A DNA stretch of 64,000 bases, taken from assembly GCF_009914755.1 (NCBI RefSeq), contig NC_060925.1; one strand, 5' to 3'. Positions 31,851 to 60,346 of this stretch are shown here, piece by piece. The position numbers were made by a program, and so were the translations under genes. Position 1 is the first letter of the stretch. Each line of letters starts with the position of its first letter. Under the pieces are notes generated by a model that ran no database searches, had not been told where the DNA came from, and worked only from the letters and a program-made list of their open reading frames with translations. Origin of the DNA: the human T2T-CHM13v2.0 reference genome, Homo sapiens.

Positions 31851-32364
31851 AGCATGTTGGCAGACCTATACCAGCCCTGAATAGTGTTCAATAAATGACT
31901 GACTGACTGAATAAATAAATAGAAATATGTGAGTCAAAATGAAGAGCAGTAAGTCAGGGGATTTGGGGGGCTGGGGAGTGGGGTGGGCAGGAGATAAGCT
32001 GAACCTTCTCATTGAACCTGTGTTCCTCACAAGGTTCTGAAGAACAAAATGCTGCCCAGGAGTGCTATGCATTTTCTTGGGAATGCACTTCTCTAAAGCA
32101 AAGGACTCATCATTAAAACCTACATAAAAGGTATAAAACCCATCCTTAAAACCAGTAAACATGCCTCCCAAGCAAGGAGGAGACAACCTGTACAATCTGA
32201 CCACAGGTTCTCAAAAGCAGACAGCTCATGAAAAGCTGGAGGTGCAAGTAGGATATCAGTGAAGCGGTCCAATAGGAATTCTGGTACTGGAGCTGAGAGG
32301 CAAAAATATAGATGTGGCAGTTACTGCATGAAGGTTGTAACAGAAGACATAAGAGTAGGCTGTG

Positions 32365-32750
<386 letters not shown>

Positions 32751-33352
32751 TCAAGACCCTTGGCTCCACAAAAAATAAAATTAGCTGGGCATGGTGGTGT
32801 ACATCTGTGGTCCCAGCTACTTGAGAGGCTGAGGTGGGAGGCTCACTTCAGCCCAGGAAGCTGAGGCTGCAGAAAGCCGAGATGGCGCCACTGTACTGCA
32901 GCCTGGCCAACAGCGCAAGAACCTGTCTCAAACACACACACACACAAAGAGTAGATGACCTCTCAATACAAAAGCAAAAAAAAGAGAAGCAAGGCCTGAG
33001 ACAACTTAGGGACTGACAAAGGAGGATCAGGAAGGCAGAAAGAGAACCAGAACAATGTTGTGTCATAAAAGCTAAGAGAAGAATGTCCAGAAGGAAGGCC
33101 TGTTCAATCCTTATCTTCTTCCTTGACCCACAAATTCAACCCATCAACAAGCCTTATCAGCTCTACCTCCAAAATATATACTAAACACATCCATTTCTCT
33201 CCATCTCTTTAGCGACCTACCTAGTAGTTCAAACTTTCATCACTGCCTAGATTTCTGCAGTAGCCTGTTCAACCCACCTCAATCAAGTCCTGCCCCCAAA
33301 TAATCCACTCTCTTTGTAGCAACTGGATTAATCTTTTAAAAATGGAAATCAG

Positions 33353-34790
<1,438 letters not shown>

Positions 34791-34856
34791 GTTACATTGT
34801 TAATCATGGAAAAAATTGTAACAGAGGAGGAAAGAGGGGTATTGGAAGAAACAACA

Positions 34857-35465
34857 CAGTAAGTCCTCACTTAACTCATCAATAGATTCTTGGATATTAC
34901 TATTTTAAGCAAAACAATGTATAACAAAACCAATTTTACCACAGTCTAATGTAAACAAGAGTTAAGTTCCTATAGCATATTTCTGGTCACAAAAAACATC
35001 ACCAAACTTCTAAAGAAAGACCAAAACACTTCCAATATTAAACACTGAAACAAATGTGAGCTACACAAACATTTAAGAAAGATTAATAAAAACAAGAAAG
35101 ATAAGTATTTACCTAATTATTCCAGTTCAGGGTCATGGGTGGCCGGAGCCTGTCCCAACAGCCCAGGGAGCAAGGTGGGAACCAACTCTGGGCAGGATGC
35201 CATCCCATCAATCACACACGCACCCACACTCACTCAGACTGGGACCATTTAGAGACACCAATTCATCAAACACGAACAATTCTGTGATGCGGGAGGAAAC
35301 CAGAGTACCTGGAGGGAAACCAAAGTACTGGAGAAAGCCCACACAGATGTGGGGAGAACGTGCAAACTACACAGACAGTAGCCCCGGCCAGGAATACATT
35401 TTTTTTCTCATCAACATTATAACGCAATGAAGGTGAACAAAATAATGTTATTCAAAGACCTGTTG
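34857..35465 (-). mobile_element. MER6A (TcMar-Tigger), full length
   Basis: Ends CAGTAAGTCCTCACTTAA / TTATTCAAAGACCTGTTG+TA; internal TTCCAGTTCAGGGTC..GGGTGGCCGGAGCCT and GGGAGAACGTGCAAACT. Confidence 0.88.
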
Positions 35466-35656
35466 TAATGGCCATGAGTTGATACTTGTTGAGGCTAGGA
35501 GATAGATACATAGGAGTTCATTACATCATTCTCTTTACTTACATGTATGCTTGATATTTTTTCATTAAAAAGTTTTTTTTTTAAATCTTCAAGCACCTCA
35601 ATTTAAAAACAAAACACTTCTTCCAGACTTCCCATTTACTTAAAAATAAAACACAC

Positions 35657-36560
<904 letters not shown>

Positions 36561-36569
36561 AATAAACAG

Positions 36570-37380
<811 letters not shown>

Positions 37381-37507
37381 AAACTAATAACCCAATACTA
37401 GGCATTATCCTATTGTTGAATGTTTAATATAGCAAAGGCTTACAGAAAACCTACTGTTTACGAGGCCTTAGGTAACACATATACACATCTGATGAGAAGG
37501 TAAATGG

Positions 37508-37856
37508 TGTCTTAGGCCATTCTTGCATTGCTATAAAGAAATATCTGAGACTGGGTAATTTATAGGCAAAGAGGTTTCACTGCTCACAGTTCTGCAGGCT
37601 GTACAGGAAACAGTGCCAGCATGTGCTCCTGGGGAGGCTTCAGGAAGCTTTTACTCATGGCAGAAGGAAAAGCGCAAGCAGGCACTTCACATGTGAACTC
37701 AGAGCGAGAGCTCACTTATCACCAAGGGGATGGCCCAAGCCATTCATGAGGGACCTGCCCCCATGACCCAAACACCTCCTACCAGGCCCCATCTCCAACA
37801 CTGGGTATTACATTTCAACATGAGATTTAGAGAGGATACATATTCAAACTACATCA
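37508..37856 (-). mobile_element. MaLR solo LTR (MSTB-like) with internal deletion
   Basis: TGTCTTAGGCCATTCTTGCATTGCTATAAAGAAATATCTGAGACTGGGTAATTTATA...CAAACTACATCA; TG..CA ends; 5-bp flank AATGG/CATGG. Confidence 0.88.
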
Positions 37857-37869
37857 CATGGTATAATGA

Positions 37870-38535
37870 GAATTAAGTGGACAAAATTTAAAAAAAAAAA
37901 AACCTCTTCCAGAGGCTTCTGAAAAGAGCAAATAAGTAGACTATTTTTCCCCCAGAGAATTCATTTAAAAACAGAAATAAGAGAGTTGTGACACAGTCCC
38001 TTCTCTAAAGATGTATAAACAAAGGGTCCCCAAGGGATCAAGGCTGAAATGTACCACAATTAACATTTTTAGAAATTATCTAGAAAAAACAATAGTGAAA
38101 TCTTCCCAGTTTGCAGATGACTCTACAGCAACACATAGAAGTACAATGGTGCAAGGCTCTGTGTGTTCAGCAATGTGAAAAACAGCTTCCATGTAGACAA
38201 AAATAAGGTAATTCAGTGACAGAAAAATAGTTCAAACTATAATTATCAAACGATGAGCTCTAAAACTACCTGTTTTAACATAGGAAAGGGGTTTCAAAGT
38301 CCCTAGACTGTACCCTGAATACAGCTACAAAAAGGCAACAAAATACTGGCTGTCATTATGAAAGCTTTGGAAACACAGAACATATTATCCTATCCTTGTA
38401 CAAACCAAAGTGTACCTGTACCTAGAATAGAATGTGTAGTTGTAGTCATCATAGCACAAAAAAGGTAAAATAGAGAAGGCCTAGAAAGATATCACAGAAG
38501 ACCAAAGGGACCAGAGGGGCTTCTATATGAGTACA
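37870..38535 (+). mobile_element. CR1/L3-clade LINE fossil covering the RT domain
   Basis: 38023-38124 translates in one frame to RVPKGSRLKCTTINIFRNYLEKTIVKSSQFADDS (cf. GVPQGSVLGPVLFNIFINDL...KFADD); later decayed CR1 motifs are collinear. Confidence 0.75.
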
Positions 38536-38558
38536 GATTTTTTTTAAATGTCTTTTTA

Positions 38559-38891
<333 letters not shown>

Positions 38892-38919
38892 TCAAAGAGA
38901 TTTTAAAAATAAATAAATC

Positions 38920-43050
<4,131 letters not shown>

Positions 43051-44189
43051 GAAACTATTTTGTTCAAATGGAATTAATCTTACAGCTGAGAGTACATCTC
43101 AGACTTCTCTGTATTTTACCAGAAAGAAAAACAGAGCTTGAAAAGAAATATCACAGGCAAAGTTTAATAGCCTCTCCTATCAATCTCAAATTATTTATTA
43201 GTCTGGAAATCATCATGAAAAGCAAATTTTTCTGAGATACTTCTATATCTGAACATTATTTCTTCAGCAAGCATTCAACAATTCTTGTTTCTATTCTTCT
43301 CTTTTCTAATTCAATTCTGTTTGGTTTCTAAGTTAAGAAGTGTGTTTCATTTGCATAAATGGTAACTATTCTGAGATACTATTCATAACTATACATTTGA
43401 ATTCTGTAAAGTACCATTCATAACTTCAAACAGAACAGGAAAAAACACTCATTCAACTTTACCTTAATGGTGACTAAGACATGAATGATTATAATGTTAT
43501 ATTGTACAGAGTTGGCCAAAAGAGAATGAAGTCTTCAAATGTTACCACTACCTTGTCATTAATTTATGAATGCCCAGAGGAATTAAGGACCACTGCCTTG
43601 ACCAATCCGCCTGTCACAAAAAATACTGAGCTTAGAAAAGCATGCCCATTCTAAACATGTTTTTTGGAGTTATGAAGTGTTTATGCGGGGACATCAAGAG
43701 ATACATCTTAGCCATGAAGCTCAAAAATTAGCAAGAATCCTGACAAGTTCTGGCAAGTTCTTTATATAAGCAATGCTGGTTATCCTTTAAGTGTTAAACT
43801 TTTCAGCTATGAGCTTTTCTTAGAAACAGTCTTTCATGCAAGGTAGGTAGTAATAGTCCAGTAGTTCTTTACTCTATGTAATCTTAATCAGTGGTAGAAA
43901 TTAAATTTACATAGATCTGCATAAATAATTCAGCTATCTGTCCTGCTCTAATATATTTAAACCAAATAAAATAAAACTTGAACAGAATAAAAATAATGGG
44001 GCTATTTTTAAATGGTCACCTCCTGATTTTTCTCATTTTCTTATCCAAAGTCAGGGACAGGAACTGCATAACCAGAAAGAAGGAGAAAAAGGAGAACATG
44101 CACCTGAGGACATCTATAATCACTTTCCTCTATTGCTCCACCACTCCTACCCCTATTGATACAGTAGCTCACAACAGGGAGAAATCTAT

Positions 44190-44290
44190 CCCCCCAGGAT
44201 AAAAGTAACAATATCTGGAGACATTTCTGGTTATCACAACTGGGGCAGAGGGGGTGCTATTGGCAACCAGGGATGCTGCTTAAGTATTCC
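44190..44290 (+). mobile_element. MER20 fragment
   Basis: CAATATCTGGAGACATTTCTGGTTATCACAACTGGGG...GGTGCTATTGGCA..CCAGGGATGCTGCT. Confidence 0.75.
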
Positions 44291-44367
44291 TGGTCGGACC
44301 ATGAAATGGAAGAGGAGCACACAAGAATGAAGCAGAATACAAAGGCCATAATTAAAGCAGTATTAGT

Positions 44368-47311
<2,944 letters not shown>

Positions 47312-47341
47312 TATCACGTAAGTTTTACCTATAGAGATCTA

Positions 47342-47681
47342 CAGTCCCTTCACTTTATCTGCAAAATGCAAAGGCTGTGAAAAATAAATTTTTCATTATT
47401 CATTTGGAGGCAAAACCTGACAAGAAATGACATAAGGCTAATGACAGTACAGTATTTATCCCAGTTAGTATGAACATCCAGACATTTTACTACAGAAATA
47501 ATAAAATACATCTGATTTAAAAAGTGCTGCCCTGACCTCTCTGGGGTATTACATAACACATAGTACCATATTTCTTTTCTAAAACCCCAAAATCCAAAAA
47601 TTTTTAAATTCAGATATACATTTGGTCCCAAGAACTTTTTTTTTGGTGCCAAGGATTTTGAATAAGGTACTGTGGACCGGT
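47342..47681 (-). mobile_element. MER46C-like Tigger MITE
   Basis: CATTTGGAGGCAAAACCTGAC, TTTATCCCAGTTAGTATGAA, GTGCTGCCCTGACCTCTCTGGGGTATTACATAA, terminal ATAAGGTACTGTGGACC.GTA. Confidence 0.7.
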
Positions 47682-47936
47682 ATACTAATTAAGACTAATT
47701 ATTTTACAGAAAATATAACATATTGGGAATGAATGTATTAATAGAGCTTCACGTGCAATAAATTCAGTGTCTTCACAACTATCACATACACACAATCCTG
47801 GAAAATAACGCATAAAAAGACTTAACATGTCAAAAGCCAAACACATTATTATGTGTTTTTCAAGTGACGGTGATATTTGCATCCTCTAATATCTAGATCA
47901 ATTCCTTAGGTTGAAATCACAGTTAAAATATAGCTA

Positions 47937-49120
<1,184 letters not shown>

Positions 49121-50545
49121 AGACCAAATTAGTAATATGCTGAGAAAAAGAATAATCCATTGTAAATAATTTACTCAATAAAATGCTCTGATTTTTAAAC
49201 AACTATTCTCAGAGGGTTTAAGATTTAAAATTATTTCATTCTAGAAGAAAACTGAACAAATTACAATTGACTTTTTCTATGAAAGTAGAGCCTGGGACAT
49301 GGATAGAGACAGGAACAGCTCTTAAAGATATCTGAACAGGAAAAAGTTTCACAGTTCTTTCCTTCCTTCCTCCTGTAGTTGCTGCTTTTCTGGTTTTAGA
49401 ATTTCAAACAAAGAAATACATACTGGCTCCACTGCTAAGAAACGCCCTCTTTCTCAGTAACTTCCTCTTCCAATTTTCTTCTCCACTACTGACATATGAG
49501 AACAATACCCATAGCCGTCCCTACTATTCTGATTAACCAAAAGCTCTGAGGTTTGGAAAAATTAAGGGCAGCAAGTTATTGCACCCAACTACCGCCTACC
49601 CCAAATCCACAATCTTCACTCATTAGAAGTCAAAAAACAGGTTGCACAAAGAAAGGGATATTAAGCTTAATCAGAGGTGGGCTATTGAACCTTTCACCCA
49701 AGAAATCCAAAGAAATTTGAACAAATGGGAAATTTCTCCCATCCCAAGAAAATGTGGCCCTCTGATGGAGGAGAAGAAGCGAATGGGCTGGCACCACTCT
49801 GAACCAAAGTCTAGTCTATATACACCAATAGCTGCTGAACTTTTTCTACAGGCAACCCTACCAGGATTCAAATGGAGCTCTCTGAGGTCCTGACACACAC
49901 TTCAAAGGGACTTTTACGACTTACAAATAGTTCTTTCCAACTTACAGACTGAATAAAGGGGCTGGACTTATAATTAACCTTCCAGAGATCAAGACTGTCC
50001 CCATGCCAGAAGTCAAATCACATATCTGAGGCCAGACCTCTGCCCCCATTTGTAACAAGGCAAACTTCCCTAACACTATCTTTTGAGTGGGCAGTGACTT
50101 CCCCCTTGCCCAGTGATTCTCAGAGGAAACAATTTAGTTAAGTAACCTCTGCCCTTTACTGTGCGACCTTGGGCAAATTACTTAACTCCTCTGAAACTCA
50201 GTTTCCTTATGTGTAAATTCTCAAGAGTCACTGTAAAAAAATAAGAACATATGCCTAAGCAAGGGTTGACACCTAGTAGGGCTGCCATAAAAGTTCTTCC
50301 TCTTCCTTCTAACCCTCCTGAATTCTGGACCTAAATTCCAATCAGAGCCCCAAGGGGCTCCAAGGAGTCCTTCCTCTTCTCCGGTTCTATGGACAACCAT
50401 ATTAAAACTTTCCCTCTCAGAGGCTCTAGGATTCCTGGAGAACCAAGAGGACCCCAGCTCACCCCATCATGGTCTGGGTAGCACCCACGTCCTCCTTGGA
50501 ACAGCCCCTTTAGACAACTCTCCTCCTTACTCTGCAGACTATCCT

Positions 50546-50547
50546 GT

Positions 50548-50596
<49 letters not shown>

Positions 50597-50650
50597 GTCC
50601 TCCTCAATTTAGCAGGCCGGGGCCTCAACGAGCACCTCAATTACTTCATG

Positions 50651-50701
<51 letters not shown>

Positions 50702-50758
50702 GTCCTCCTCAATTTAGCAGGCCGGGGCCTCAACGAGCACCTCAATTACTTCATGGTA

Positions 50759-50792
<34 letters not shown>

Positions 50793-50848
50793 GTCCTCCT
50801 CAATTTAGCAGGCCGGGGCCTCAACGAGCACCTCAATTACTTCATGGT
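50546..50848. repeat. Compound VNTR: three identical 58-bp units, each preceded by a (CA)n tract
   Basis: GTGTCCTCCTCAATTTAGCAGGCCGGGGCCTCAACGAGCACCTCAATTACTTCATGGT at 50595-50652, 50700-50757 and 50791-50848, preceded by (CA)20, (CA)23 and (CA)14. Confidence 0.98.
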
Positions 50849-51040
50849 CCAGAGATGGAAACTGAGGCTCAGCCTGGGGAAGAACTTGTCCAAGATCTCA
50901 GACAACAGCTGGGACCCAACTCCTGTACATACATCTGCCGACGAAACCCTCGTTTTACACAGGGGGTAAACTAAGGCCTAGAGAGGAAAGTGACTTGCTC
51001 AAGATCACACAGCGAGCTGATGGCAGAACCAGGTCAGGCC
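50849..51040 (-). mobile_element. Two MIR fragments
   Basis: GATGGAAACTGAGGCTCAG...ACTTGTCCAAGATCTCA and GTAAACTAAGGCCTAGAGAGGAAAGTGACTTGCTCAAGATCACACAGC, the antisense MIR core. Confidence 0.75.
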
Positions 51041-51293
51041 GGGACACTCATAGTCCCTCAGACTTGTGGACCCCTCCAAGTTTCCGAAGGGGACTTCGGG
51101 TCACTCCCTCCCTCCCTGAGGGGGTGGGGTGGACTAAGACGCCACCCCGCGCTGACCGCTCGCCCGGCCTCTGCCAGTCCGCAGTAGGAGTCCCGGCACC
51201 CAGTCCCCCGAGACCCTGCACGGCTCGGGAAGAGCGGCCCGGCCGGGGCCCGCGCCTCCCAGCGGGGTCTACCCAAGGGGACTTGTTGCTCAC

Positions 51294-51475
51294 CTGGCCT
51301 CCCGCAGTCGCCGTCAGCGACAGGAAGGGTCGGCCGGCCGCCCAGTCTCCGCACAGAGTGTGCTCCCGCGGACCGCCTCGCGGGCTGCCAAACGGCCGGA
51401 CCCCCTCAGCGCGCTACGCCCCCAGCCGCGCTCGCCCTGCCTGTGTCCGCCATTACGCGATTCCCCGCCCTGGGC
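51294..51475 (-). other. WASF2: Non-coding first exon (5'UTR) of a minus-strand gene, probably WASF2/WAVE2; 5' end (TSS) approximate
   Basis: Lies in a CpG island just downstream (minus sense) of CCAAT/GC boxes and ends in a consensus donor CAG|GTGAGC (GT at 51293-51292). The minus-strand sequence GCGTAATGGCGGACACAGGCAGG...GACTGCGGGAGGCCAG matches my recollection of the WASF2 mRNA 5' end, and a >50 kb first intron fits. Gene identity is from memory only. Confidence 0.72.
51406..51453 (-). CDS. Candidate upstream ORF, 15 aa (MADTGRASAAGGVAR*)
   Basis: ATG at 51453-51451 in GTAATGG context (-3 G, +4 G), in-frame TGA at 51408-51406. Needs a TSS above about 51456; translation not shown. Confidence 0.35.
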   Translation of the reverse strand: MADTGRASAAGGVAR

Positions 51476-52196
51476 GGCAGCCACACCCCGCCAATGGCCC
51501 TGATTGGCTCACTGCCCCACCCACCCGGGGCTTCGGGGCATTCCATTGGCCTGAGTAAAACGCCAGTTAAATAACTACGCAAAAGACGTACTCACGGGTA
51601 CCCTCCCCAGAGCTCCACCCGGGCGACTTCCGCAATCGGAGTAAACAGCGGGGTGCAAACCAAGTGAAGTGGGGGGCGGAGATTAAGGTAAACCGACTCC
51701 TAAGTTCAAAGTAGGGAAAGCTCACCTAAGAAAGTGTAAAAACTCGTACAAAGTGTGTTGAAAGAAGAATTCTTCTTGTTAGCCTTGAAAGAACCGCTAG
51801 ATTTAGTGAAAGGAAGGGGCCAAGCCCGTAAACTTTCTGTGGACACCCCTCAAGTTGCGCATAGTGTTGTCCCTTCACTCCGGTCTCAGCCAGGGCAGAA
51901 AGTAGGGTGGGGAGAGTGAGTCACAAGCTCTATCCCGTCCTGCACAGTCCATCCGGGGCAAGGCCCGGGTCCTGGGAATGGGGGATAGTACTGAAAAGCC
52001 ATGGTCAAGTGAGCGGAACCCTGGTTCAGCCACTTCACTCTGCGACCTCAGACAACTTCCAGAATTTATCTGGGTCTCAGTTTGTCCTTCTGCAAAATAG
52101 GAGCAGTCGTCTGTGCCTCACATGCGGGAGTGGTTGTTGAGGACTCATGCATGAGTGGGGAATATGCTCGTCTTGTTGATTATAAAAGGCTGCAGC

Positions 52197-53088
<892 letters not shown>

Positions 53089-54119
53089 TTAGCAAAGATA
53101 CCTCACTTAATTCTCTAGGGCAACCCTGTATGGCAGGTATTACCCTCATTTTTGCAGAAGAGAAAACTGAGTCTTTCTGAAGTTGCATGACTTACCCAGG
53201 GTCCTTCAGGGACTTTGAAACAGCCCCGGAACTCAAACCTGTTTCTTTTGGTTTCCATTCCTGTATTTCTCCCTTTCAGGCCTGGTATCATATGAGAATG
53301 ACTTCCCTCCCCTCCCCTCCACTCTTCCCTCACCCATCCCCTTAGCATTCCAGGAAAGGTCTTAAGGGTGCCAGGTCAGTCCCTCATCTCTCTGATCAAT
53401 GTAGACTTGGGCACAGACCACCCCCCAGCTATTGTTAACCACCAGGGTTCCTGAGGAAAAGTGACACTAGGGGTGTGCCCAGGCTGTTTCTGGGGTCCTA
53501 GGAGTCAGGACGTGAAAAGGGGGTGACAGATGGGTTGAGAACCTACACAGAATCTCAAACGAGGACGCAGAGGCTCAGAGGGGGGCCGTGATGCCACTGT
53601 GAGCCCTCAGCAGGGCCGCCTCCATGCCAGGACTTAAATCCAGGTTTCTCTGCTCTCAGAACAGGGCTCTTTTCACCACAGGATTGTTTTTCCCAGAAGA
53701 GCTGCTTGGCTGTAATTCCTAGTCCTTTTCCCTCCCTGGAAAGGAAGGAGGCCAAGAAGGGAGTGGGAGGGGAAGCAGCCTAAGACTTCAGAAGGGCAGA
53801 GACAGCCAAGGGGGTGGTGCCAGCAGGGCCCTGGTGCCATCCGAATTGGTGTCCTCCGGGCTCAAACTGGGACATGTGGTCTGACAACCAAGGACTATTT
53901 AAATCCTGGCTGTGGCTGTTGGGTGCTGGGAGGCAGCTGTGCAGAAAGCAGTGGCTTTGGGGTTAAGCAGACCTGAGATCGAGTCCTAGCACCACCACTT
54001 TCTAGCTCTCTGAGCCTCACCTACCTCTTCTCTGAAATGATGACAAAAGGGCAGTTGTGAGGATTCAATTAGTTAATTGTAGCGTTAATGAGTCATGTGT
54101 ATAAAGTGCCTGGTAGCTA

Positions 54120-57835
<3,716 letters not shown>

Positions 57836-58627
57836 TCAGTTTTCTAACCTATAAAATGGAGTGAATAAAACTAGTCTCATGGAGCTGAAGAGAAAATACA
57901 AATGCAATGAGAGAATGTGTTAAAAAGCTATGAGCCAGCACTGGGTACGGAACTGACAGAGTGCAGTCAGCTAAGGAATTCCAGGGGGAGCAACAAAGCA
58001 TAGGGACCAGGAAGAATCACCCCTCCCCTCTCCCTGACCCCCATCTGAGGGGAGAAGGGTGGAGAGCACTGTACTCAGAGCCCAGAATGATCTCCAGGTC
58101 ACCCCCCTCCCTCTGGCATCCTCAGCTCTTGCTAGGTCCACAGTCTCTCTCTCTCTCTCTCTTTCTCTCGTCAAGCAAGTTCTTCACTGAGCAATCCCAG
58201 GGGGCCACGAACCTCGGTTCCAGCCAAGCTCGCAGGCTTTCCCCACCTCCACATCCTTAATCTGCAGCCTTTGCATTTGCCATTCCTTCCACCTGGAATG
58301 CTCTCTCCTCCCTGAGCGCCTTTGATGGGGAAGAGAGGGTTGCTGAGGGGAAGGATCTGGAATGATGCTCCCCCACCTCCTCACTCCCCTCCCCTGCATC
58401 CCCCACGCTGCATGCCTGACCTCCCCGCTCCCAGTGTGGGGGACAGAGGCAGTGCTGGGTGGGGGAGGAAATAGGGTGGGGGCGGGGGTACTCAGGGAAG
58501 GGTCCTCTGTGGGGTTTTTCACCTGCTTAGAAGAAGCAGACGGAAATGAAAGCTCTGGAAAAAATGCCTGCTGCTCTGCTTCCAAGGCCCCAGCTCGGTG
58601 AAGCCTCCCTGCCTTCCCACTATGCCA

Positions 58628-58677
58628 TCTCCTCCTCTTCCTCCTCCTCCTCCTCCTCCTCCTCCTCCTCCTCCTTC
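58628..58677. repeat. (TCC)n trinucleotide repeat
   Basis: tctcctcctcttcctcctcctcctcctcctcctcctcctcctcctccttc. Confidence 0.97.
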
Positions 58678-59175
58678 AGGCAGGTTCCACAGTCAGGGAA
58701 ATGGGGTGGGTGGGAGGGGCAGAGAGACCTAGGTTCAAATCCCATTCCTGCCACTTACCCAGCAAGTGACCTTAGCAAGCTGCCTGGCCTGTTTACGCCT
58801 CATTTCTTTGTAAAAGGGGACAATAATCCCTGTCTCTCAGGCTGCTGTGAGGACCAAGTGAGATGGCAGATAAAACTGCCTGGCAGGACCAAAGTGTTCA
58901 GCAATAACAGTGATAGGAAATACACAGTGCCCATGTGTACCTGGCATAGTTCTCAGCACCTTGCATATATTTACCTATTTAACTCCTGATACGGTAGATA
59001 TTATTACTAACCCCAGTTTGCAGATGAGGAAACTGAGGCACAAGGAGATTTCTATAACTTGCACATGCTCACACAGCCAGTAAGGGGTAGAGCTTAATCT
59101 GTGCTCTTACTCATCACACTATGGCACATTTAGTGATAGTTCCCATGATGATGATGCTGCTGCTGATGATTATGA

Positions 59176-60346
<1,171 letters not shown>

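Larger units (their letters stand above)
51080..51690. promoter_or_regulatory. CpG island / TATA-less promoter
   Basis: The only non-Alu CpG-dense, GC-rich stretch in the window. GC boxes at about 51463-51470 (CCCCGCCC) and 51673-51681 (GGGGCGGAG); CCAAT at 51491-51495; ATTGG at 51503-51507 and 51545-51549; YY1-like CCGCCAT at 51447-51453. Confidence 0.92.

Noticed and set aside
50546-50848. CRISPR-like repeat-spacer appearance
   Set aside because: Spacers are (CA)n microsatellites, repeats are 58 bp, there are no cas genes and the DNA is primate; it is a VNTR
50648-50974. His-Thr repeat ORF
   Set aside because: Translation of the (CA)n VNTR
50995-51558. 187-aa plus-strand ORF and overlapping ORFs in the CpG island
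   Set aside because: Non-ATG start in a MIR, Pro/Arg/Gly-rich; stop-codon scarcity in GC-rich DNA explains the length
53585-53835. CTCF-like CAGCAGGGCC motifs
   Set aside because: Mismatch the GGGGC/TGGC core; too weak without ChIP data
58546-58989. 147-aa ORF with a poly-Ser run
   Set aside because: Poly-Ser is the (TCC)n microsatellite and the C-terminal half is MIR
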